Origin: Dimorphilus gyrociliatus
Taxonomy: Eukaryota > Animalia > Annelida
Assembly: GCA_904063045.1 (NCBI GenBank)
Contig: CAJFCJ010000011.1
Location: 310,001-374,000 of the forward strand
Direction: 5' to 3'
Length of the DNA stretch: 64,000 nt
This document shows, one piece after another, positions 1-10,856 of the stretch. Numbering within the stretch: position 1 is the stretch's first letter; each line of letters starts with the position of its first letter. The notes under the pieces are model-generated. The model was not told the origin of the DNA and searched no databases. It saw only the letters and a program-made list of their open reading frames with translations. Made by a program: the position numbers and the translations under genes.

Positions 1-1
1 T

Positions 2-910
2 ACAAATTTCAGAAACCCTATTTTTCAAGATGCTAAACAACTAATGAAAGAAACTTTACTAGAACTAGAAGCGATAATTATTTCTAAGGATACTAAATTA
101 GATATTCTAGAACAATTAGACGGCCCAATAGCAGAAGTTCATACTGAAGAAGGTTTTATGTATGACCTCACTCTGCAGTCTTGCGAAAACATTAACCAGC
201 ATATGAGTGATTCTTCAAAAATTCTTATCAATGGAACAAATTTGTTTCTGATGAATAGGTCAAATGGTACAGAGATATTTGTTATAAATGTTGGCGTAAC
301 ACCTTGGGTAATAAGGAATAGATGGAGGGAGCAACATAAATTTAGCAGCTTTTCCGTTAGTCCAGAGGGAAATTATATCCTATTCTGCGATAGAATCAAC
401 GGAATAATCAAGAAAAGCGAAGTTGAAGTAGAGTCCTTAACATTTACTGATTTTATTAGAGTTGACGATGTGAGCGAAGCGTATTGCATTCCTGAGAACA
501 AAACTTTAGTTCACCATGACAGAAGAGTGACATTGTTCAACAGAGAGGGTGCTAAAATATGGTCATCTTTATTCGATAACCTAGAGCATATCGATTTCCA
601 AGTAGGTAAATATTTCTGCACGAAACAAGATGATATAGAAATTAGGTCTTTGCAAACTGGAAATGAAATTCGTAGTTTTCAAACAAGTGAAAATTTCTCC
701 GAAATGCATTCACTACTCTTTGGAATCGTAATCCTTCAACCAGAGCAAAATCGTCTTGCTCTATTATCCAATGTAGATGGTTCGGTAATTAAAGAATTTC
801 CGCTAGAGTTTACTCCAAAAACCATGGCAGTTTCGCTAAATATTTTAAACCCAGCTTTCTGTATAATATCTGATGACAACAAATTATATGTTATGAAACA
901 AGCTAATTGA
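2..910 (+). CDS. 5'-truncated intronless coiled-coil/beta-propeller protein, paralogue of the neighbouring RING-propeller genes
   Basis: Frame is open from base 2 (TNFRNPIFQDAKQLM...) to the stop at 910. C-terminal FPLEFTPKTMAV matches the [LI][GE][YF]xPxx motif ending the three genes at 3934, 5760 and 8111. Confidence 0.7.
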   Translation, partial: TNFRNPIFQDAKQLMKETLLELEAIIISKDTKLDILEQLDGPIAEVHTEEGFMYDLTLQSCENINQHMSDSSKILINGTNLFLMNRSNGTEIFVINVGVTPWVIRNRWREQHKFSSFSVSPEGNYILFCDRINGIIKKSEVEVESLTFTDFIRVDDVSEAYCIPENKTLVHHDRRVTLFNREGAKIWSSLFDNLEHIDFQVGKYFCTKQDDIEIRSLQTGNEIRSFQTSENFSEMHSLLFGIVILQPEQNRLALLSNVDGSVIKEFPLEFTPKTMAVSLNILNPAFCIISDDNKLYVMKQAN

Positions 911-1049
911 AAGTATATAACCTTTTCCTTAACACATAAGAAGACAAGAAAATATGTTGATTGTAACAATTATTTGGCTATTAAAACTATAGTGTTCGAA
1001 AAATCAGTTATTCGATATGATTTGAAGTATTATATGTTAACCCAAATAA

Positions 1050-2946
1050 TTATTTTAGTATCGTTGCTAATAGCTTATGTTTTTTGATGAATAAACATGA
1101 ATGATTTGTGTCATTATTTTAAATTTAGTTGATATTATACCTCTTTCGAAAATCTCAACCTCCAATATAGCATGAGAACCAAGTGATGTAATTTCAATCT
1201 GAGATGCCTGAGTTTCGGGGATTATCTCACAAACAGTTTGCTCGTATCTATAATTTCCACTTAATAAATAAGCTTTTTGTACATTAGATATATCTTTTAT
1301 TGTAATTCTTATTCCATTGTTTACTGTTCCAGCATGATTTGCTGTTAAAGATAAATTAATTAGTCCTATAGAAATATTACTAATTAGATAAAACTTTACC
1401 TGTAATGCAAAAAACTTTTATATCAATAGGTGGTGAAAGTGTTGCTCTGACGTAATTATTGTTTACTTGATTTAGCTCGAAAGATGAACCTCTTGAAATA
1501 TATATTCCATCTAGTAAAAAGCTCTTCCTGTCGATACTACTTTCATGCATAGCAACAATGTCTTTTGTATTCCCTACAAAATGAAAATTATAATAACGAA
1601 ATATTGAATATGTCTAAATTTTTAAGGAAATAGCTAACGATTCGAATTCGGATTTCCTATTTTTCTTCCATAAACAAATAGTTCGGAAAATTCAAAGAAA
1701 TGTTTTGATTTAACATCATTCTCATCAATCATATGAATTAATATATATTGCCCTCTTATTGGTTGTGAACATTTAAAAATGTAACTTTTCCCATCCTTAT
1801 AGCTAGTTTGTGCGGGATTAAAATTTTCAACACAATATTTATTCAATGTAGATTTCATTGTTTGTGGATAGTCGCTAATTGATATATACATGAAGGAAAA
1901 TTCTTTTGAGTTTGCTATAGAAAAATATCAAAATTTTAGCCATGTACAGTATTTTTACTCTTATAAATTTGTTAATTAACCTGACGTAGCGCCAACTACA
2001 ATCAAACCATATATTTCGTAGTAATATTCCAAGTCCAATCTAAAAAATGGTAACTTATTTATGTTTTCTTCATTCCTTGAGCGAAAAAATGTAGTGAGAT
2101 TATTATCCATTAAATGTGAAAGTTGTAGATTAGGATTAAATGGAGTTCCCGCGTAAAATTTGTTGTTCGTATAGTCAATTATGTCATAATCTAAATATAA
2201 TTTTGTTTACATTTCAGTCAACATAATAGGAAGAGAATGTATAATTTATCAATTACCTCGCTCTTTTATAAAATCTCCAAACACTTGCAAGTCGCACAAT
2301 GATAGGTATTTAGTTCCAGCCAGATGATCAACTGTAAGAAAAGATCCAATTGCATTTACAGCGCAATCGTATGTTTCGTAGTAAGATAATGCTGTTGATA
2401 GAGCTCTCTTCACTATATTTTCTTTATAATAGCAGAAATTCCTTTTTGTACTCTTTGGAAAATCTTCAGCATAGATTGTAAAATTTTTGAGATCCTTATC
2501 TAAAAAGCGTAAGAAATTTTAATGACACAACTACTGTCTACGTAACAAAGATTACTACTAACAACGATTAGTATCTCTGCTAAGTACCATAACCTTTGTA
2601 ATTAAGTATATTTTCCCAAGATCAATAGAAATCCATGAACCAGTTTCATATGCTGAAGTGGCACTGCATTGAAAGATAACAGTTTGTGGCAGATGATGTA
2701 TATTAATGTTATCGTCATTAGCTCTGTAGGCATATGAAGTATCATCGGGAGAATAAACTCTAGTTGTTGATTGAAATGCTTGACGATTTCTGGCTATATT
2801 TACTTGTGAATTCTTGACAAATAGAAATTTTCCTGCTTTTAAAAAGTTATCATGATTTCAAACTTATATAAAATAGAGAAGAAGACCGTAATAGTAAAGA
2901 GTATTAAACCTGTTAGAATAAAAATTATCACACATTTAACCAACAT
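1050..2946 (-). CDS. Secreted multi-domain F-type lectin (FTP)/F5-8 type C protein, spliced
   Basis: Manual splicing gives signal peptide MLVKCVIIFILTG, then VNIARNRQAFQSTT...RANDDN...CSAT...WISIDLGKIYLITKVMVLSRD and C...GSFLTV...YLSLCDLQVFG (FTP fold signature). A second domain follows (LDLEYYYEI...CSQPIRGQYILI...FSELFVYG, ORF 1634-1891), then a third diverged domain ending ILEVEIFER. The 3' end is uncertain. Confidence 0.7.
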
Positions 2947-3933
2947 TTTGTTAAGCAGCTTTCGTATTGTATGATGAACTTTTCCTACTGCTGAATGAGA
3001 GAATAATGACAAAGAATTGTAGATTGTTTAATATTTCACATGGCTTATAAATAAGGGATTTGTTTAAATATAGAACGTTTAAAATTTATCAAAAGCTACA
3101 ACGACTGGAGCAATCTGATCCTCTCTATAAGAATGGGACGTCTTACTCCTAAAAGAGAAATCAAAAGAACCAAACAGGACAGTTGGTATGTTTTTTGTGA
3201 ATAGCTAACATTTAACTATGATTTTTATTATAATTATTCAGAGCTATACTAGATGTTTTATTCATTATTCTCCAGTTATTATTGTGTGAGTTCGTATTTT
3301 AAATTTTGAACTGGTTCCGAATTAATAATGAAAAATATCGTTAATACTTTAAATGATTGATATTTTCCATAAATATACTTTATCTAAATATATGTAATTA
3401 GAGAAGGAATTAGTTATTCTTAAATGTATACATACTGTACAAATTTTATATGTGTTGTAACTACCGTAAAATAATTCAATTGTAATAGTTTAATACCATT
3501 TTTATAATTTTCAAGGACAAAGTATTTTAAAATGAATATAAATTTTATATATTCTCTAATATAAAGCCAAAAAAAGTATATCTGTTAAAGAAAGTGGAGT
3601 AGAAGTATGTAAAATTTACTTTAAAGACTGGTTCGTATTCTAAATTTTTTACCCGCCCATTTTATTCTGTTCTGAAACGTGAATATTACTACTAATTAAC
3701 ACTCATTAAGTATTTTCCTATATTCCATAAAGCAGATATACGATTTATTATCAAAAAAGTTCAGTTTTTAATATTTTATATACAATAATTGTGAAATTCA
3801 TTCGTAAATTAGTATTTTGAAAATCCATCAAAGTGCTATTAACCATTACCGCCATTCTCGTAAATCTTTTTAGTTTTAGATTCTGTTTTTACAATAATCT
3901 TTAGTCAGTGTGAATCTTAATTGTCTTTAATAG

Positions 3934-5148
3934 ATGTCAAGTCCAACTGAAAGTTCCAAAATGGGTGATAAGGAAATAGAATGCTCAATTTGCTCCAGCA
4001 GATGGTTTAGCATGGACGTTGTGGCCTTACCATGTTCTCATGTTTGCTGCTCGGAATGCTTCAAAGAACTTGAAGAAAATTATAAAGACAACTTGAGAAT
4101 AGACTGCCCATCTTGTCAAGTAATGATGACCTTTCCAAAAGACGATTCGTCCTTTCCTTATTATTTCAATGAAACCGATTCAAACATATCATATGATATA
4201 GTTGTTGAAGTTCCTAATGTATCTGAAATTATAATTTCAGACTTGAATGAAAAATTACCAGACAATAAAGATCGTCAAAGAAGGAAATTTAATAATAACG
4301 GAGCTTCTGAGAACTTGAACACTATGGCTGTAGAAGGAAATAAACATGGTCTATTGAAGCTCGAAAAAACAATCTTTCTTCCCCTGAACGTAACATATGT
4401 AGTTGATATGGCCATAGGAAATAATCGACTTTATCTTCTCAGCTTTATTGGATCCATATTCGAACAATCAGAGGTCATAAGTTCTTATTCTCTAGATGGA
4501 AAGTTTAATGGTGATATTTTCAATGTATCACGTTTTCTCAAAGGATCAGTTGCGGACAGTCTTAGTATTTATAAAACGAAACCTATTGTATGTTTATGCT
4601 GTTCGCGATTGAACACTATATATACTGGCGATTTAAATAATTTAGGATCGACCTTGAGCCCATGGCTAGATATTGAATCTCCTACTAAACTGTGCATCAC
4701 AGTTAAAGGCTTGATCATTACATTCAAAGAAACAACGTCTATAGGCTTATATGACGAATCGGCAAACTGCTTCTGGAAGTTAAATTTAGGTATCAAACTA
4801 TTATCCGCCTGTGCACCGTATGACGGCGATTATATCTTTGTCATCGATGAAAGACAAAAATTAATCTTGAGAAATATTATAGACGGTCAAGTCAAGGTTA
4901 TTTTTGGTAGTCAATTGAAAAATTGTTCGTATAATGTAGCACCGCTTCGAAACGGAATTGCCGTTGCCGAACAACAATCTCACTGCCTAAAATTCTACAA
5001 CAGCAAAGGAATGTTTGACAAAACTTTAATTGATCTTGGTTACAGGCCAGAAAAAGTTACTTCCTCTGAAGAGAACAGCAAAAACATTATTTACCTATCT
5101 ACAACTGTAAGCCGTGTGACTCGACTATCTATTTATAGAGAAACATAA
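3934..5148 (+). CDS. Intronless C3HC4 RING-finger + beta-propeller (TRIM/NHL-like) protein
   Basis: 404 aa ORF with CSIC...LPCSHVCCSEC...CPSC RING and a beta-rich C-terminal half. Confidence 0.85.
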   Translation: MSSPTESSKMGDKEIECSICSSRWFSMDVVALPCSHVCCSECFKELEENYKDNLRIDCPSCQVMMTFPKDDSSFPYYFNETDSNISYDIVVEVPNVSEIIISDLNEKLPDNKDRQRRKFNNNGASENLNTMAVEGNKHGLLKLEKTIFLPLNVTYVVDMAIGNNRLYLLSFIGSIFEQSEVISSYSLDGKFNGDIFNVSRFLKGSVADSLSIYKTKPIVCLCCSRLNTIYTGDLNNLGSTLSPWLDIESPTKLCITVKGLIITFKETTSIGLYDESANCFWKLNLGIKLLSACAPYDGDYIFVIDERQKLILRNIIDGQVKVIFGSQLKNCSYNVAPLRNGIAVAEQQSHCLKFYNSKGMFDKTLIDLGYRPEKVTSSEENSKNIIYLSTTVSRVTRLSIYRET

Positions 5149-5405
5149 TAAAAGGCAACACTTTCCAAGTATATTTTGACCAGTAAGAATACTAATTGTG
5201 ATAAGACAATGGAAAAATATTTATTCTTTTGTGCTAATTTTTCTTTGGTTTATTAATAAATGATACGTTGTTTTTTCCAAAACTCAACACGCTTGAAAGA
5301 AATATTTATCTAAGACTAAATACTGTCTCTATTAAAGTATTGTAAATTGCAAAATTTATAGACTGGTTCTGAATAAATACCTAAATAATACGACCTATTC
5401 TCGTA

Positions 5406-5491
5406 GTCTCCGTGGCGCAATGGATAGCGCGTCGGACTTCTAGTGGGCTTAGGCAATTCGGAGGCTGTGGGTTCGAGTCCCACCGGAGATG
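5406..5491 (+). tRNA. tRNA-Arg-TCT: tRNA-Arg(TCT) with 13-nt intron (5443-5455)
   Basis: Cloverleaf: acceptor GTCTCCG/CGGAGAT, D arm GCGC/GCGC, anticodon loop CT-TCT-A then intron GTGGGCTTAGGCA, T arm GTGGG-TTCGAGT-CCCAC. An oligo-T terminator follows. Confidence 0.95.
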
Positions 5492-5759
5492 TAATTTTTT
5501 TTTTCTAACCAATTTTTTTTTTTATCTGAAAATACTAATTAAAATGAGCGCTAATGATCCGCTTATTACGTAGAAATTACAAGTAAAATCCTCAGTATTA
5601 TAATAAGTAGATAGATATCTGTTTCTGAACTGACACATCATATTTTTTTATAAGAAAATAATATACAATGTAAAGAGACTTTTTGTTTAAAAGAAAAAGT
5701 TCATTAAAAACGTCTAACTTTAAAAAATAAAAAGAGAAAAACAAATAGTCTTTAAAGGA

Positions 5760-7262
5760 TTAATTTCCCAAAAAGATTAACAAGTGATTCTTTTCGCCAT
5801 TTGTTGCGAAGACGTAAAGATAATCTGTAAATAATTTAGAAGATAATGCAATCGATGTTGGAGTATATTCCAATTTTAAGTAATTTTCATCTATTTTTCC
5901 ATCTTGATTTACGGCGATAATTGATTTATTTTTTGAATTTGTTAAGGCTAAACCCGTATGATATTGAATCATTTTTTCGCATTTATCATCAATTGCTAAT
6001 AATTGGGAGGTGAGTCTGTTGCCGTATTTTAAATTTCTTTTAGTCAGTTGATTAGCTTCCGTAACGATATAAAAATGATCTTCAGTTTCTGCTCTAGATA
6101 TTAAATTTATAGAGGATTCCTCTTTTATTGTCCAAAGTCTTAGTTTATTAGTTTGATACATTGATATCGAATAATTGTCTCTTCCTTCGGCGACTAATAA
6201 TCCTTTCAAAACGGAACATATCGCTCGAACGTTAATAACGTTTAAGAATTTCGTTAACGTAACATCTTTCCTATAAAGTGGATAGCTATATATCGACTCC
6301 CTTGATTGGCAAACAAAGAATACAATTGATTCTGAAAGATCAATTGTTAATGATATAGCTGATAGATTATTTATTTGATTATTAACTACTAATAATTCTT
6401 TGATAAATTTTCCATCCAAATTGAACCATGTTAAGATGCAATTGTCGTTCTTGGAACAAAGACAATAGAGCTCCTCCTTATGAACGCAACAATCAATAAC
6501 TTTAGTAATATTTTCATCTAATTCAATAAATTTCGTCATTGTAAATTTGGACAAAGATGGTTGAGTTAAAACGTGAACAGTTGTCATATCCTCGCTTTGT
6601 TCTTTTAATTTCAAAATGACTTCTGTATCTAAAGCTTTTCTCCTCAATCTTTGACAACTTTTTAAAATATTATCGCTTTCTTCTTTAAAGGAGCTGACTG
6701 AGGTAAAAATATCAAAAGCTTTCATAGAATTCCTAATTAAGCGTCTTTTATCTTTAAAAGCAGACATAAGATTATACTTTGTAATTTCCGATTGTCTTTC
6801 CACCTCTTTACGGACATTTTCAAAAAAATCATTCAGATTTTTTAATAATTCTGATTCTTCTCTCTTGCTTTCTTTCAGAAGATTCATAATTCGATATTTT
6901 TCATCTTTTATTAAACTTTTTCTATCCTCCATTCCAAAATATTCTTCCTCTTCATCATCTTCGTCGACTTCGTTCATTTGATCAACTTCCGTAGACTTAA
7001 ATATATCTTCATAATTGTCAGAAATCTCTTGGAACATTGTAAATTTTGGTAAAGATAAAATTCCATTGCCGGGTAGACTAAATACCGAAGAACACTTTGG
7101 ACAATTTAACTGTTTACAACCTTGAAATTTCTCCAAGCATTTCGAACAAAAAACATGAGAACAAGGTAAAAATCTAGGATCATTTTTCAACCAACTTTTA
7201 TCGCAAATCGAACATTTAAAGGCTGGTTTATTCAATTTTACTCCCAAATTATCAGCCGACAT
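5760..7262 (-). CDS. Intronless RING + acidic linker + coiled-coil + beta-propeller (TRIM-like, no B-box seen)
   Basis: 500 aa ORF with CSIC...LPCSHVFCSKC...CPKC RING, a heptad-rich middle, and a C-terminal propeller ending LKLEYTPTSIAL. Confidence 0.85.
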   Translation of the reverse strand: MSADNLGVKLNKPAFKCSICDKSWLKNDPRFLPCSHVFCSKCLEKFQGCKQLNCPKCSSVFSLPGNGILSLPKFTMFQEISDNYEDIFKSTEVDQMNEVDEDDEEEEYFGMEDRKSLIKDEKYRIMNLLKESKREESELLKNLNDFFENVRKEVERQSEITKYNLMSAFKDKRRLIRNSMKAFDIFTSVSSFKEESDNILKSCQRLRRKALDTEVILKLKEQSEDMTTVHVLTQPSLSKFTMTKFIELDENITKVIDCCVHKEELYCLCSKNDNCILTWFNLDGKFIKELLVVNNQINNLSAISLTIDLSESIVFFVCQSRESIYSYPLYRKDVTLTKFLNVINVRAICSVLKGLLVAEGRDNYSISMYQTNKLRLWTIKEESSINLISRAETEDHFYIVTEANQLTKRNLKYGNRLTSQLLAIDDKCEKMIQYHTGLALTNSKNKSIIAVNQDGKIDENYLKLEYTPTSIALSSKLFTDYLYVFATNGEKNHLLIFLGN

Positions 7263-8110
7263 TCTAATATTTTCTTCTATTTGATTAAATTTAAGAAATT
7301 TAGGAAAAATTCACACAAGACAATACTCTCCTTTGAGTAATTACATGAGTAGAGAGTTAGAAGTAAAAAGTTCACTTTCTCCTTCTAATATAGGCCACTG
7401 TTTCGAATGTTTTTGATTAATTAACTTCTAGTTAAAATTAACAAAAACTTTAAATTGAGAACATAATTCACAGAAACAAAGTCTGTATTATGAATCTTTT
7501 TCATTTTTTTACCTAATTTGTTCTAAAATAAGATAACTTACCAATTTCTCTAGCAGCTAATGATTTATTCATTATGACCTATGCCTTATAGTTTCAAATA
7601 AGGGGTGCAAGAAATTATTAATAACGACAACCGTAGGAATTTATTATGGTTACTCAATCAGATCAATGTTCGAGAACAATCTTAATCATTCATTAAGTCT
7701 TCATGATTATTTTTTGAATAAAAAAAACTATACTTTAAATCGTACGAATCGTTTTTATATTATATTTTGTATTACATTAACAAAGTAGTCTTTAATTGAA
7801 CTCGTTCTCCACATGTTTAAAACGAGTGTCACGTGACATAGACACTACTCCAAGCAGGCAGATTAAAGATATCTGCAGAATATTTTTACTTGTGATAAAA
7901 TAAATTTTTATATTATTTGTAAAAGTTTTTGAGAAGAAAAACCAACTATGGAAAAGTTACAAAAGGTTTCCGCTTCCGTTTATTATCACGTGTTAAAGTA
8001 ATGAGAAAGAACTCATGGATCTATAGTGGCTGATCAACGTACCTTTGAACAATACAAAAACGCTTCTTCCAACTAAATTAGGCAATTAAATAAAAAAAAC
8101 TTGGTGTAAA

Positions 8111-9304
8111 ATGGCTCTTTCAAAAGTTTCCCCGTCAAATATGGAAATAGAAAGACTAATACCAAAAGTTGACGAACTGTTGAGAGATATGGATGTACTA
8201 ATAAAAGAATCTCAAACTGAAGAAGAAAAGTTAATGCAAGCGCTAAAGAGTCGTTTAATTATGGTTCAAGCAATGGTTCATAAAAGATCTAAAGAAATAT
8301 TGGCCGATTTAGAAAAGCAATTTAAAGATAAGCGGGAATCTTTAAAGTCCTTTTCAGATGAAGTTATGAAATTGAAAACTTATCACAGCAGCATGATAAA
8401 AAATCCAAGTATTATGAGCGACTTGGTCGAAAGGAAACTTGACACAATGAGACGTTGTATAAGTCTCAATTACAACGAAAATGACCTCGCAAAAATTGCA
8501 GATGTTACAGTAAGTGATTGTTTTAAGAATAATTTAAAGAAGAAGAAGATTATTCTCCTGGAAGACAATGTCGATATAAAACGTATAATCGTCAGAGAAG
8601 ATTCCATATACATGTTGAAATTATTGAATGGAGAGGTTATACTTACTGCGTATTCTAACAAAGCAATCTTTATTAAGGATCTATGGAGAGAAATCGGATT
8701 TGCATCAGATTTTGATATTGATTTCGAAAGACGTACTGTCTATGTATCAGATGTTGGATCCGATATTAGAAGATCTAAATTCTCCATGGATGGATTATCA
8801 TTTTCAAGATGGTCTGACACGCATAGAGTTACCAATATATTTTGCATGAAAAATGGTCTTATCATTTACGAATGCGGCGGTTGGTACAACGATTATTGTG
8901 AAAATATTATCATGCTAGATTTTGAAGGAACTGAGGTATGGAGGTTAAGACTGGCCGAGCATGTGTCAATTAACGTTTGCTATAGCAAGAGTCTAATTGC
9001 TACGTTGTGTGGTAAAACTCCTATCATTTATGATGGAAATGGTAACCCGATAAGTACAATTGCTCCCCAACGTTTCGACACGGATGGAGCTAATTTGCTA
9101 TCATTTAATGTTTTTGGTCTAATCTGCGCTTTTCGCAACTATAATAAAGCTTTCAGATTCTGTGAAAGAGATTGGAAATGGATACCAGTTGATATTGGCT
9201 TTAAACCTAAAAGATTAGCTGTGTACAATGATCTTTTTGAAACGAGAATCTATGCTGTTGAAGAGAATAATAAAGAAAGGAGGCTCTACGTATTCCTCGA
9301 CTAG
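8111..9304 (+). CDS. Intronless coiled-coil + beta-propeller protein (RING-less paralogue)
   Basis: 397 aa ORF. The N-terminal coiled coil aligns with the 5760 gene (LIKESQTEEEKLMQAL vs LLKESKREESELLKNL); it ends VDIGFKPKRLAV. Confidence 0.8.
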   Translation: MALSKVSPSNMEIERLIPKVDELLRDMDVLIKESQTEEEKLMQALKSRLIMVQAMVHKRSKEILADLEKQFKDKRESLKSFSDEVMKLKTYHSSMIKNPSIMSDLVERKLDTMRRCISLNYNENDLAKIADVTVSDCFKNNLKKKKIILLEDNVDIKRIIVREDSIYMLKLLNGEVILTAYSNKAIFIKDLWREIGFASDFDIDFERRTVYVSDVGSDIRRSKFSMDGLSFSRWSDTHRVTNIFCMKNGLIIYECGGWYNDYCENIIMLDFEGTEVWRLRLAEHVSINVCYSKSLIATLCGKTPIIYDGNGNPISTIAPQRFDTDGANLLSFNVFGLICAFRNYNKAFRFCERDWKWIPVDIGFKPKRLAVYNDLFETRIYAVEENNKERRLYVFLD

Positions 9305-9583
9305 TATATTTAAAATTTGTTATCAAGTTATTTTTTAAATTAGTGAAGAGTGATTTGTTTTCTTATGAAAAGCCATTTGTTATTTATATTTGTAAAATAA
9401 AGTTTAGTAAAGTGCTATTTTAAGCTCCTATCCAGGGTTTAATAATACAATCGAAACGCGCCACTTTTTTCTTGCGGAAACGGAATTGTCTCTTACCGGT
9501 TTTCATTAACTTCTTTCAGTGACTACTAAAAATTCTATTCGAAATCCTACATAAGTTATAATACAATATTTCATTATAAAATA

Positions 9584-10856
9584 ATGGCAGCCGGATCCGA
9601 CCAATGGTGTTTGATAGAAAGTGACCCTGGAGTTTTTACAGAATTAATTAAAGGCTTCGGTAATATTAAAAGTTTAAGTAAATAATCTATTATCGTTACC
9701 GGAACTGTTATCTTTCCAGGCGTTGAAGGGGTACAAGTTGAAGAGATTTATAATCTGGACGTTAGTGCCTTTGAAAGTATCAAGTCAGTTACTTAATTTT
9801 TAAAATTTAGTTTTAAATTAATTTTTTGTATATTTTTGTCAAGACCTGTTCATGGCTTAATATTCCTGTTTAAATGGCGCCAAGAAAAAGAATTTGATGG
9901 AACTCCAGTTCAAGACAGCCGTTTAGATAACATATTTTTTGCTAAACAAGTTTGTTTTCTATAGTTAACATCACCTTCGTTTATTGAAAATCGAATAATT
10001 TTTAGGTTATAAACAATGCTTGTGCTACGCAAGCTTTGATCAGTATTCTATTGAATGCTTCCCATCCTGATGTAAATATTGGATCAACTTTATCAGAATT
10101 TAAGGAATTTGCCTCCGCTTTCGACCCAGCTGTATGTAAATTTACAATTTGTTCTTTAATGTAATAAAATATATTTAACCATTTTTCATTGTAACAGACA
10201 AAAGGTCTCACACTTAATAATTCGGATGTGATTCGGAGAGTTCATAACAGCTTCTCACGTCAGCAAATGTTCGAGTTTGATGAAAAAATGTCTAAAAAGG
10301 AAGAGGACTCTTTTCATTTCGTCAGTTACGTTCCAATTGACGGTCGCTTGTATGAATTAGATGGTTTAAAAGATGCCCCTCTTGATCATGGACCTGTTGG
10401 TGATGATTGGTTAGCGGCAGCCAAACCTGTTATAGAAAAGAGAATTTTGCGCTACACAGATGGCGAAATTCATTTCAGTCTTTTAGCTTTGGTCTCAGAC
10501 AGACAAATGTTAGCTGAGAAGAGAATTGAAGAGATTAGACGAGAAATGGAGGTGGGAATGGAAACAGATGCTCTACAAGATGAGTTGGTTATACTCCAAC
10601 AAAGAATTGAAGAAGAAAAATCTAAAAGAGAGAGATATCAGACGGAAAATGTGAGAAGAAAGCATAACTATCTCCCATTCATTATGGAATTGCTGAAAAT
10701 TTTGGCGAAAGAAGGCAAACTTGTTGACTTAGTAACCCAGGTAAAAACATTCTATTTATTAATTTTTTTATATAATTTGAACAAACAGTAAGACATGTTT
10801 ATTTCCAGGCGAAAGATAAACAAGCTGCCAAGAAGAAAACAGAAACAGTCAAGTAG
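9584..10856 (+). CDS. UCHL5: Ubiquitin C-terminal hydrolase L5 (UCH37), multi-exon
   Basis: [30 protein letters not shown] (catalytic Cys), DSFHFVSY (His), YELDGL (Asp), [15 protein letters not shown]; last exon [15 protein letters not shown]. Confidence 0.95.
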
